Positions 9,615 to 19,493 of a stretch of 64,000 nucleotides of DNA are shown one piece after another (within the stretch, counting starts at the first letter, position 1; each line of letters starts with the position of its first letter). Location: positions 38,633-102,632 of the forward strand of contig CAVUQJ010000013.1 of assembly GCA_963743605.1 (NCBI GenBank), written 5' to 3'. The notes below the pieces were generated by a model, which saw nothing but the letters and a program-made list of their open reading frames with translations, searched no databases and was not told where the DNA came from. A program made the position numbers and the translations under genes. Source of the stretch: Vulcanimicrobiota bacterium (lineage in GTDB: Bacteria > Vulcanimicrobiota > Vulcanimicrobiia > Vulcanimicrobiales > Vulcanimicrobiaceae).

Positions 9615-10557
9615 GTGCGATCACCGACGTCCCCGGAATCCTCGTCGGCCAGGTCGAGGATGCGCAAGCGCTGACCGGCTGCACGGTCGTGCTCGCGCCC
9701 GAGGGCGCCGTCGCAGGCGTCGACGTGCGCGGTTCGGCGCCGGGGACGCGCGAGAGTTTTCTGCTCTCGCCGGTCGCGTTGATCGAGCGCGTCCACGCGA
9801 TCTGTCTGTGCGGCGGAAGCGCGTTCGGGCTGGACGCCGCGTGCGGCGTCGTCGACGTCCTCGAAGCGCAGGGCATCGGCTTCACCGTCGGTCACTGGTG
9901 CATCCCGATCGTGCCCGCGGCCGTCATCTTCGACCTCGGCATCGGCGACGGCCGCGTGCGGCCGGATCGCGCGATGGGAGCCGCGGCGGCGCGCGCGGCC
10001 GCGCCCGGAATGGTCGCGGAGGGGAACGCCGGCGCCGGTTGCGGGGCGACCGTCGGCAAGCTCGGCGGCATCGCGCGCGCGATGAAGGGCGGGACGGGAA
10101 CGGCGGCGATCGTCGCGGACGACGGTCTGATCGTCGGTGCGATCGCGATCGCCAACGCGCTCGGCTCGATCTACGACGCGGACGGCGTGCGCATCGCTGG
10201 GCCGCGCTCCGAAGACGGTTCGTTCCTCGACGATCGCGCGCTGCTCGCGCAGCGCGACGTCCCCGAGGTCGCCGGCGAGAACACGGTGCTCGCGGTCGTC
10301 GCGACCAACGCGCGGTTGACGAGACGCGACGCGACCAAGGTCGCGCAGATGGCGCACGACGGGCTCGCGCGCAGCGGTCTCGCCTGCGCACCTGATGGGC
10401 GACGGCGATGCGATTTTCGCGCTCGGCGCGGGCGACGTCGCTGCGAACGTCGACCGCGTCGGCGTGCTCGCGGGCGACGCGGTGGCCGCGGCGATCGTGC
10501 GCGGTGTGCGCGCCGCGCGCGGCGCGGGCGGGCTCCCCGGGCGTCGCCGACGACTAA
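9611..10557 (+). CDS. P1 family peptidase (DmpA/S58 L-aminopeptidase-like); frame breaks near 10372 and 10537
   Basis: MSAITDVPGILVGQVEDAQALTGCTVVL...VDVRGSAPGTRE...ICLCGGSAFGLDA...NTVLAVVATNARLTRRDATKVAQMAHDGLAR, then AVSPAHLMGDGDAIFAL in another frame. Removing one C from the CCCC run at 10535-10538 gives GLPGVADD and stop 10555-10557. Confidence 0.75.
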
Positions 10558-11083
10558 GTGTCGCTTGCGCGGCAGGCGCGTCGACTCGTCGATCTCGCCG
10601 CGCGCCAGGAGCACCATCTCGCGCATCCGCGGATGGTCGCCGGGGACCGTCCGTTCCCACTCCTCGAACGGCGGCACCGGCTCGCGGACGCGGAACAGGA
10701 AATAGTAGGCGCTCAGCTCTCCGAGGAACGCGAATCGCTTCTTGAGGTCGGCGCCGAGCGCGGTATACGAGTCGAACGAGCGCAGATAGCGCGCGAAGCC
10801 GCCGTACTCGCGGTCGAGCGCGAGCATCGTGCGCGCGTTCTCGACCGTCGCAGCGACCCGCTTGCGCGTGCGCACGATGCCGGGGTCGCTCGCGATGCGG
10901 TCGACGTCGAAGTCGTCGAACAGCGCGACGCGTTCCGGGTCGAAGCCCTCGAACAGCCGCTCGTAGGCAGGCCACTTCGCCTCGATGACGGCCCACTTCA
11001 GTCCGGCCTGGAAGACGGCGCGCGACATCACGGCGAGATAGTCGGCGAGCGACTGTGGATCGATCTGCCGCGGGATCGGCCAC
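10554..11083 (-). CDS. DNA-3-methyladenine glycosylase I (Tag)-like protein; both ends need a frame change
   Basis: Core reads VFQAGLKWAVIEAKWPAYERLFEGFDPERVALFDDFDVDRIASDPGIVRTRKRVAATVENARTMLAL (Adenine_glyco-like). The only upstream start (GTG 11083) is in another frame. The in-frame ORF runs antisense through the peptidase gene to 10171, and a TAG at 10556-10554 becomes in-frame if one upstream base is spurious. Confidence 0.55.
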
Positions 11084-11100
11084 GCCGCGCCCCGGTGTCG

Positions 11101-11598
11101 CTACGGTTTGGTCTGGTGGGTCAGTTCGATCGTCGTCTTGTCCTTGGCGCCGGTGAGCATCACGACTTTCTGGTCCTTGTCGGTGCCGACTTGGAACTGC
11201 GCGACGTCGCTGTCGCCGGACGAGACTTTCATCTTCTCGCTGCCGGCCGGCAGCTGACCCTTGTAGTATTCATAGACCTTGTCGAACGGATCCGTGGTCG
11301 TGAGGATGACGACCTGCGAGCCTTCGCCCTTCGAGGTGTCGCTGACGGATACCGAAGCGTTGTCCTTGGATTGGGTCGCGCCGGGATAGACCGGCAGGCC
11401 GAGCGACGCGGGATCGACGGCGCCTTTGCCGATCGATACCTCTCCGTTGTTGCTCTTGATCGTCGTGCTGCCGTTGGCGCTTTGATCGACGGAGACGCTG
11501 CCCTGCGACGTCTGCACGGTGACCTTGTGGCTGCAGCCCGCGAGCGCGAGCGCCGCAACGGCGGCGACCAGCGCCGCGGAGACCGGAAAGTTGCGCAT
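11101..11598 (-). CDS. Hypothetical lipoprotein
   Basis: 165 aa. MRNFPVSAALVAAVAALALAGCSHK lipobox; Ser/Thr/Lys-rich mature part with good codon bias. Confidence 0.7.
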   Translation of the reverse strand: MRNFPVSAALVAAVAALALAGCSHKVTVQTSQGSVSVDQSANGSTTIKSNNGEVSIGKGAVDPASLGLPVYPGATQSKDNASVSVSDTSKGEGSQVVILTTTDPFDKVYEYYKGQLPAGSEKMKVSSGDSDVAQFQVGTDKDQKVVMLTGAKDKTTIELTHQTKP

Positions 11599-11635
11599 GT
11601 CTCTCTCCTAGCGAAAGGCGTTCCGCCCGCTTCCG

Positions 11636-12589
11636 GTGCCGGTCGCTGCGTTCCCTCTGCACGCCGAGCAAGCGATCGCGCTCGCGACCCTGAACCGAAC
11701 GGACATGGCCCCCTCCGACCACGTCGATCCCTTCGAGCACGCGCGCGCGGCGGTCGCGCGGATCGCCGCGCACGAAGAGGCGGCCGGCGAGGTCGCCGCG
11801 CGCAGCATCCTGCTCGACAGCGGAAGCCGCACGCCCCGCGCCTACGTCCTGCTGCACGGGCTGACCTCGAGTCCGCCGCAGTTCGAGGAGTTCGCGCGGC
11901 TGTTACACGCACGCGGCGCGAACGTGTACGTCCCACGCCTGCCGCGCCACGGCCACCACGACCGGCTGACCGGCGCGCTCAGCGCGCTGACGCCCGAAGA
12001 ACTGGTGCGCGCCGCGGCCGAGGCCACGACGATCGGCGCCGGGCTCGGCGAACGGCTGACCGTCGTCGGCTTCTCGCTCGGCGGATTGCTCAGCGCGTGG
12101 GTCGGTCAGCACCTCTCCGTCGACCGCGTCGTCTGCATCGCGCCGTTCTTCGGCGTCGGCTGGCTGCCCGATCCGCTGGCGGCGTTCGCGGGCCGCCTCG
12201 CCCTCGCCGCACCGAACGTGCACCTCTGGTGGAATCCGATCGAACGCGAGCGACACGGGCCGCCGCACACCTATCCGCGCTTCCCGACGCACGCGGTCGT
12301 GCGCGCGCTCCGCTTCGCCCGTGGACTACTGGCGAGCGCGACCGAGACGGCGCCGGCGACGCGCTCCATCGCGTTCGTGACGAACGACTCCGAGGCGACC
12401 ATCGACAACCAGCGCGTGCTGCGGTTCGCGGCGGCATGGCGGCGGCACGCGGGCGTTCGCGTCGAGGTGCACCGCCTCTCGGGCTTGCGGCGCTCCCACG
12501 ACATCATCGAGCCCAAGCGGAAGCGGCCGCTGATCGATCGGGTCTATCCGCCGCTCCTCGCGATCGTCGCCGGCGAGCCGCCGGAATAG
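11636..12589 (+). CDS. Alpha/beta fold hydrolase
   Basis: VLLHGLTSSPPQFEEFARLLHARGANVYVPRLPRHGH and nucleophile elbow VVGFSLGG. Alternative ATG start at 11705. Confidence 0.75.
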   Translation: MPVAAFPLHAEQAIALATLNRTDMAPSDHVDPFEHARAAVARIAAHEEAAGEVAARSILLDSGSRTPRAYVLLHGLTSSPPQFEEFARLLHARGANVYVPRLPRHGHHDRLTGALSALTPEELVRAAAEATTIGAGLGERLTVVGFSLGGLLSAWVGQHLSVDRVVCIAPFFGVGWLPDPLAAFAGRLALAAPNVHLWWNPIERERHGPPHTYPRFPTHAVVRALRFARGLLASATETAPATRSIAFVTNDSEATIDNQRVLRFAAAWRRHAGVRVEVHRLSGLRRSHDIIEPKRKRPLIDRVYPPLLAIVAGEPPE

Positions 12590-12593
12590 AGAG

Positions 12594-12632
12594 AGAGGGG
12601 GCGCGGCGTCGCCGCCGTCCCCCTCTTCTTGT
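12594..12632 (+). terminator. Rho-independent-type terminator after the hydrolase gene
   Basis: AGAGGGGGCGCGGCG...CGCCGCCGTCCCCCTCT hairpin followed by TCTTGT, starting 5 nt after the TAG at 12587-12589. Confidence 0.45.
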
Positions 12633-12694
12633 CCGGGCTTCTTCGGACAGGTTGCCGGGTTTACGCACGAGGGAGAACACGATAGTATTTTTTC

Positions 12695-12723
12695 TTCTTG
12701 CTTATTTTATCTTTGCATAATTA
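12695..12723 (+). promoter_or_regulatory. Putative sigma70-type promoter in the most AT-rich patch of the window
   Basis: TTCTTG, 17 nt, TAATTA inside tattttttcttcttgcttattttatctttgcataattag. Lies about 85 nt upstream of the GAGGAGA SD and ATG 12807. Confidence 0.3.
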
Positions 12724-12806
12724 GCGGCCCATAGCTCCTGCCCCTTTCGGCCGGCCGCCTTGGGCGTGAACTCCCGGGTGAGACACTCTCGCTCGAGGAG
12801 AATCGG

Positions 12807-13956
12807 ATGCTCAACGTCGGCAACAATCTGCTGGGAAGCCCCTGGGCTCGTTTGGGGCCTGCCGCCGTCGCTGACGGCGCTCGCCAACACGGCCGCGGCC
12901 GGGGAGAGCGCAGCCGCGGGCGCGCTTGTCGGACGGCGTGTCCCCACGCCCCAGCCCGGGAAGCGCCGCGTCGTCGCAGGCCACCGGGATCTGGTCCGGC
13001 TCCGGCAACTCGGCCGGCGGCTACATTCAACAGTTCATGTCGCAGCTGTTCAGCGCGTTCACCCAGCTCGCGCAGTACGTCAGCGGCATGTTCGGCCAGC
13101 CGCCGTGGCAGGCGCCCGGGACCGCGCCCGGACCGGCCCGGGGACGCCCGCTCCAGACACGTCGGCTACGGATCCGGGACGCCGCAGCCGCCCGGCGGCC
13201 ATCAGGGCCAGACGTTCTTCACGTCGGCGACGGCGAGTTCGAGCGGCGACCCGCACGACACGTTCGAGGGCACGACCGGCGGGCGGCCAGACGATCGACG
13301 GCGGCCGCTGGAACAACATGGAGAGCCACGCGTTCTTGCTGCGCTCGCAGTCGTTCGACGGCGGTTTCCACATCTCGACCGAGGCGACGCAGCCCGGGCC
13401 AAACGGCGTCACGCGCAACGGCTCGGCGACCATCGACAGCGACTTCGGCAACACGTCGTCACGATGAACCGCGACGGCTCCTACAGCGATCACCGACGAC
13501 GGTCAGGACATCAAGCTGGCCGCCGGCCAGACCCGCAACCTCGGCGACGGCGAGAGCGTGACCTGAACGCCAACAACTCGCTGACGGTCGACTGAGAAGA
13601 ACGCGCCGGGGCGGCGAGATCACGACGACGCTGACGCGCAACCGGCGCGAACGGCAAGAACGCAGGCGGCGGCGTCAACGTCACGGTCCAGGCCGAGAAC
13701 GTCAACCTCGGCGGCTACCTCGTGCGCGCAGAGCCGGCAGACGGACCCCGGCAGCGGCGGCCCGACTCCGGTTCCGGGCGGCCCGACTCCGGGGGCGGCC
13801 GGTGGCGCAGCGACGGCTGCGGGTGAGCCCGCGATCGCGCCGCAGTTCGGCGAGTACCCGCCGTTCGAGTTCCAGGCGCAGCAGCCGTACGAGCCCGGCC
13901 AGAACCAGGCGTTCCAAGCGCCGTCCTGGAGCCCCGAGGTGCTCAGCGGGGCCTAA
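12807..13956 (+). pseudogene. GDPH-motif secreted protein, multiply frame-disrupted (pseudogene or error-dense gene)
   Basis: SD plus ATG 12807 (MLNVGNNLLGS). Protein-like segments lie in all three frames: GIWSGSGNSAGGYIQQFMSQLFSAFTQLAQYVSGMFGQPPWQAPG; QGQTFFTSATASSSGDPHDTFEGTTGG; QTIDGGRWNNMESHAFLLRSQSFDGGFHISTEATQPGPNGVTRNGSATIDSDFGN; ITDDGQDIKLAAGQTRNLGDGESV. The tail GEPAIAPQFGEYPPFEFQAQQPYEPGQNQAFQAPSWSPEVLSGA ends at TAA 13954-13956. Confidence 0.4.
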
Positions 13957-14025
13957 GAGGCCGGAGAACGCACGATGCCCGGGCACCGCTCGGCAGGCCC
14001 GGGCATCGGCCGGCAGCGACGCTCG

Positions 14026-14469
14026 TTACTGAGTTGCGAGCGCCGCCGACAGTTCGGAACTGGCGGTCTGCAGGTCGGAGATCGCGGTGACGCGGTGCCC
14101 GCCGTAGTCTGCTTTCGCGCCGTTCAAGCTATTGATGAGGGACTGGGTCTGCGACTGGACCTGGCGGAGGACGTAGTCGCTCGACCGCTGGCCGGGCGCG
14201 TTGCCCTGGGCGGCGAGGGCGTCGTTGAGCTGATTCAGCGCCCGCTTGTAGGCGTTGATCGCGTTGACGCGGTGCCCGCCGTAGTCGGTCTGCTCGGTCT
14301 GGAGTTCGGCGATCAGCCCGGCCACTTGGGCCCGGGCCTGACGGATCGTGTAGTCGCTGGAGCCCTGGTTCTCGGCGATCGCCGGGCTGGCGGCCGCGCC
14401 GGCAAGGGCGGCGGCGACGCCGCCCGCCCCGGCCATGAATGTCGTACGCTTCATAATTGCGGTGGTCAC
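14026..14469 (-). CDS. Secreted protein made of two tandem ~55-aa repeats
   Basis: MKRTTFMAGAGGVAAALAGAAASPAIA signal. Repeat 1 is SSDYTIRQARAQVAGLIAELQTEQTDYGGHRVNAINAYKRALNQLNDAL. Repeat 2 is SSDYVLRQVQSQTQSLINSLNGAKADYGGHRVTAISDLQTASSELSAAL. Confidence 0.6.
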   Translation of the reverse strand: MTTAIMKRTTFMAGAGGVAAALAGAAASPAIAENQGSSDYTIRQARAQVAGLIAELQTEQTDYGGHRVNAINAYKRALNQLNDALAAQGNAPGQRSSDYVLRQVQSQTQSLINSLNGAKADYGGHRVTAISDLQTASSELSAALATQ

Positions 14470-14568
14470 CTTTCGTGGATGGTGTGCGACGGGCTTTACC
14501 CCTCTGCTTCCCAGGAAACGAGGCGGGCCTGCCCAACGTCACGCTTGGCCGCTCTGGGCAGATTTCGT

Positions 14569-14598
14569 TTGACGCCACTCGCCCCCACCTGATATACT
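14569..14598 (+). promoter_or_regulatory. Putative str-operon promoter
   Basis: TTGACG (14569-14574), 18 nt, TATACT (14593-14598), about 83 nt upstream of the rpsL GTG. Confidence 0.45.
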
Positions 14599-14680
14599 CC
14601 GGAGGTTCCGGCCCACCGCGCGGTGGTGCCGGTTTGTCTGCGTCCCCGAAGAATTCGGTGATGCCGCCTGCGGAGAGTGC

Positions 14681-15121
14681 GTGCCGACCATCAGTCAACT
14701 GGTCCGTAAGGGCCGCGAGAAACTCGAGAAAAAGGTCAAAGCCCCGGCGTTTCGCGTCTTGAAGACGAGTCCGAAACCGGGCCATCCCGACCTGCCCACG
14801 CGCTACCGCCAGATCGGCGGCAACCCGCAAGCGCGCGGCGTCTGCACGCAAGTCAAGACGATCACGCCGAAGAAACCGAACTCGGCGTTGCGTAAGGTCG
14901 CGCGCGTGCGTTTGACCAACGACGAAGAGGTGACGGCGTACATCCCGGGGGTCGGACACAATCTCCAGGAGCACAGCGTCGTGCTGATCCGCGGGGGCCG
15001 CGTCAAGGATCTCCCGGGCATCCGCTATCACATCATTCGCGGAACGCTCGACACGTCGGGCGTCGCCAACCGCAAGCAAGGTCGCTCCAAGTACGGCGCT
15101 AAGCGCGCCGCCAAGAAGTAG
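14681..15121 (+). CDS. rpsL: 30S ribosomal protein S12, with an internal ~21-aa insertion
   Basis: [14 protein letters not shown]...[63 protein letters not shown] start preceded by GGAG. Confidence 0.95.
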   Translation: MPTISQLVRKGREKLEKKVKAPAFRVLKTSPKPGHPDLPTRYRQIGGNPQARGVCTQVKTITPKKPNSALRKVARVRLTNDEEVTAYIPGVGHNLQEHSVVLIRGGRVKDLPGIRYHIIRGTLDTSGVANRKQGRSKYGAKRAAKK

Positions 15122-15128
15122 GCCCGCG

Positions 15129-15599
15129 ATGCCACGTAAGGGAGCGGTTCCGAAGCGGCAGATCCTGCCCGATCCGCGCTACAGTTCGAAAGTGCTCGCG
15201 CGCTTCATTAATAAGGTCATGCTCGCGGGGAAGAAGTCGGTCGCCGAGCGCGTCACCTACGACGCCCTGAACATCGTTCAGGAGAAGCTGGGCCGCGACG
15301 CGATGGACATCTTCAGCCAGGCGCTCGGCAACGCGATGCCGATGGTCGAGGTCCGCCCGCGGCGCGTCGGCGGTGCGACGTATCAGGTTCCGATGGAGGT
15401 CCGTCCCGACCGCCGTCAGGCGATGGCCATGCGCTGGCTGATTCAGTTCGCGCGCAAGCGTCCGGGCCACTCGATGGAAGAGAAGCTCGCCGGCGAGCTG
15501 ATGGACGCCGCGAATAACGTCGGCGCGACGATCAAGAAGCGCGAAGACACTCACAAAATGGCCGAGGCCAACAAAGCCTTCGCACACTATCGCTGGTAA
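15129..15599 (+). CDS. rpsG: 30S ribosomal protein S7
   Basis: [40 protein letters not shown]...[13 protein letters not shown]. Confidence 0.95.
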   Translation: MPRKGAVPKRQILPDPRYSSKVLARFINKVMLAGKKSVAERVTYDALNIVQEKLGRDAMDIFSQALGNAMPMVEVRPRRVGGATYQVPMEVRPDRRQAMAMRWLIQFARKRPGHSMEEKLAGELMDAANNVGATIKKREDTHKMAEANKAFAHYRW

Positions 15600-15604
15600 T
15601 CGAC

Positions 15605-17699
15605 GTGGCACGAGAGTATCCGCTGGAGCGGACCCGAAACATCGGGATCGCGGCTCACATCGACGCGGGCAAGACGACCGCGACCGAGCGCATTCTGTTT
15701 TACACCGGGCGCACGCACAAGATGGGCGAGGTGCACGAGGGTGCTGCGACCATGGACTGGATGGTCCAGGAGCAGGAGCGCGGCATCACGATCACGTCGG
15801 CCGCCACCGCGTGCACCTGGCGCGACACGCGCATCAACATCATCGATACGCCTGGCCACGTGGACTTCACGGTCGAGGTCGAGCGCTCGCTGCGGGTCCT
15901 CGACGGCCTCGTCGCTCTGTTCGACTCGGTCGCGGCGGTCCAACCGCAGTCCGAAACCGTCTGGCGCCAGGCGAACAAATATCGCGTCCCGCGGATCATC
16001 TTCGTCAACAAGATGGACCGCATGGGGGCCGACTTCTTCAATTGCGTCGACAAGATCCGGGAGCGCCTCGGGGCTCACGCGGTTCCGATCCAGGTGCCGA
16101 TCGGCGCCGAGGATAAGTTCAAGGGCGTCGTTGACCTCTTCACGATGAAGAAGACCGTCTACACGGACGACGCCGGTTCGGTGATGGAATCGCAGAGACG
16201 TCGAGCCCGGCGAGCTGCGCGACCTCGCGATGCAGTGGCGGCAGTCGCTCATCGAGGCGATCGCGGAGCAGGACGACGCGTTGCTCGAGCTGTTTTTCGC
16301 GGGCGAAGAGATCCCGGTCGAGCGCCTCAAGACGGCGCTGCGCAAGGCGACGATCGCCGGCACGGTGCTGCCGATGTTGTGCGGTTCGGCCTTCAAGAAC
16401 AAGGGCGTCCAGCCGCTGCTCGATGCGGTCGTCGACTTTCTGCCGTCGCCGCTCGAGGCGAAGACGATCGTCGGCGTCGATCCGAAGAGCGGCGAAGACA
16501 TCACCCGCAAACCAGACGACAAGGAACCGTTCGCGGCGCTCGCATTTAAGATCGCGACCGACCCCTACGGCAACCTGACGTACTTCCGCGTCTATTCCGG
16601 CACGCTCGACAAGGGGACGTACGTCTACAACGCCCGCAGCGGGCGCAAGGAGCGGATCGGCCGGATCCTGCGGATGCACGCGAACCATCGCGAGGACATC
16701 GATCAGATCGGCGCGGGCGACATCGCCGCCGCCGTCGGCTTGACCGACACGCGCACCGGCGACACCCTCTGCGACGAAAAGAATCCGATCGTTCTCGAAA
16801 CGATCACGTTCCCGGATCCGGTCATCTCGCAGGCGATCGAACCGAAGACCAAGGCCGACCAGGACAAACTGGGCACGGCGCTCGGCCGGCTCGCGCAGGA
16901 AGACCCGACGTTCCGCATGCGCACCGACGAGGAAACGCAGCAGACGATCATCGCCGGGATGGGTGAACTCCACCTCGAGATCATCCTCGATCGTCTGAAG
17001 CGCGAGTTCAAGGTCGACGCCAACGTCGGCAAGCCGCAGGTCGCCTATAAAGAAGCCGTCACCAAGACGGTCGAGAAGGAAGTGCGGTTCGTGCGTCAGA
17101 GCGGCGGCAAGGGTCAGTTCGCCGTCGTCTCGGTACGGCTCGAGCCGGGCGAGCCCGGCACGGGCTACGTTTTCGAGTCGTCCGTCGTCGGCGGCGCCGT
17201 TCCGAAGGAGTACGTCAAACCGGTCAGCGAGGGGATCAAGGACGCGGCCCAGAGCGGGTCGCTCGCCGGTTACCCCGTGCTGGATTTCAAGGCCACGCTG
17301 TTCGACGGCAAATACCACGACGTTGACTCGTCGGAAATGGCCTTCAAGATCGCGGGCTCGATGGCGTTCAAGGAAGCGAACCGCGCCGCCGGCCCGATCG
17401 TCAAGGAACCGATCATGGCCGTCGAGGTCACGACGCCGAAGGACTACATCGGCGAGGTGATCGGCGACCTGAACAGCCGCCGCGGCATGATTCAGGGCAC
17501 CGAGGACGCCCCGGGCGGAGCACAGGTCATCAAGGCCAACGTCCCGCTCTCGGAGATGTTCGGGTACGCCACCGACATGCGCTCGAAGACGCAAGGCCGA
17601 GCGACGTACACCATGGAGTTCAGTCACTACGAGAAGGCGCCCAAGTCGATCGAGGAAGAGATCGTCGCCAAGGCGCAAGGTAAGAAGCCCGCCGCCTAG
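15605..17699 (+). CDS. fusA: Elongation factor G, single frame break near 16195
   Basis: G domain ([21 protein letters not shown]) in the frame of 15605. The protein continues in the +1 frame (ORF 16230..17699: [25 protein letters not shown]...[13 protein letters not shown]). Confidence 0.9.
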
Positions 17700-17773
17700 A
17701 CCCACGGCCCACTAGCGCTGCCCGGGCTAGGCGAAACCGGCGCGCGAACCAATGAGGAACACACGAGAAGAAA

Positions 17774-18976
<1,203 letters not shown>

Positions 18977-19007
18977 ACTTGGGGCGCTCTTGCCCGCTGT
19001 CGTCGTT

Positions 19008-19049
19008 GCGCGGGCGCTCATGTACTCTCGTACACTTCGCGCCCGCGTG
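19008..19049 (+). promoter_or_regulatory. Conserved hairpin motif in the tuf-rpsJ spacer (copy 1 of 2)
   Basis: GCGCGGGCGC-tca-TGTAC-tctc-GTACA-cttc-GCGCCCGCG. The 25-nt core (19016-19040) recurs at 45982-46006 with a compensatory stem change. Confidence 0.35.
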
Positions 19050-19095
19050 CCTCGACGGCGACCAAGATCACACCCAAGTTCGTGAGAAAGCATAA

Positions 19096-19404
19096 ATGGC
19101 TAAGCAGAAGATTCGCATCCGGCTCAAGGCGTACGACCATCAGGTCTTGGACCAGTCGGCCGAGCGCATCGTCGAGACGGCGAAGCGGACCGGCGCGTTC
19201 GTGAGCGGCCCGGTGCCGCTGCCGACCGAGATCAACCGGTTCTGCGTGAACCGGTCGCCCCACGTCGACAAGAAGAGCCGCGAGCACTTCGAGATGCGCA
19301 CCCACAAGCGGCTGATCGACATTCTCCAGGCGTCGCCCAAGACGATGGACGCGCTGATGCACCTCGACTTGCCCGCCGGCGTGGATATCGAACTCAAGGC
19401 CTAG
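19096..19404 (+). CDS. rpsJ: 30S ribosomal protein S10
   Basis: [45 protein letters not shown]...[16 protein letters not shown]. Confidence 0.95.
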   Translation: MAKQKIRIRLKAYDHQVLDQSAERIVETAKRTGAFVSGPVPLPTEINRFCVNRSPHVDKKSREHFEMRTHKRLIDILQASPKTMDALMHLDLPAGVDIELKA

Positions 19405-19493
19405 CGCCCGCGAGCGCGACACGGAAAACCGGGTCGCGAAAGGGAAGCGCAACCGCGGGACGCGCTTGAACATCCTCTTCGGAGGCAGGACCG

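Noticed and set aside
19023-19028. TACTCT inside the conserved hairpin, considered as a -10 box (the same hexamer as the putative rplC -10)
   Set aside because: There is no acceptable -35 at 16-19 nt upstream in either copy. The paired A:T to G:C change fits a hairpin better than a promoter.
19473-19481. 9-mer TCCTCTTCG shared by both borders of the rpsJ-rplC insert (second copy at 44001-44009), considered as att-like direct repeats
   Set aside because: It is too short to be significant in 64 kb of GC-rich DNA. The right-hand copy lies in the 5' leader of the GloVer gene, not at a clear boundary.
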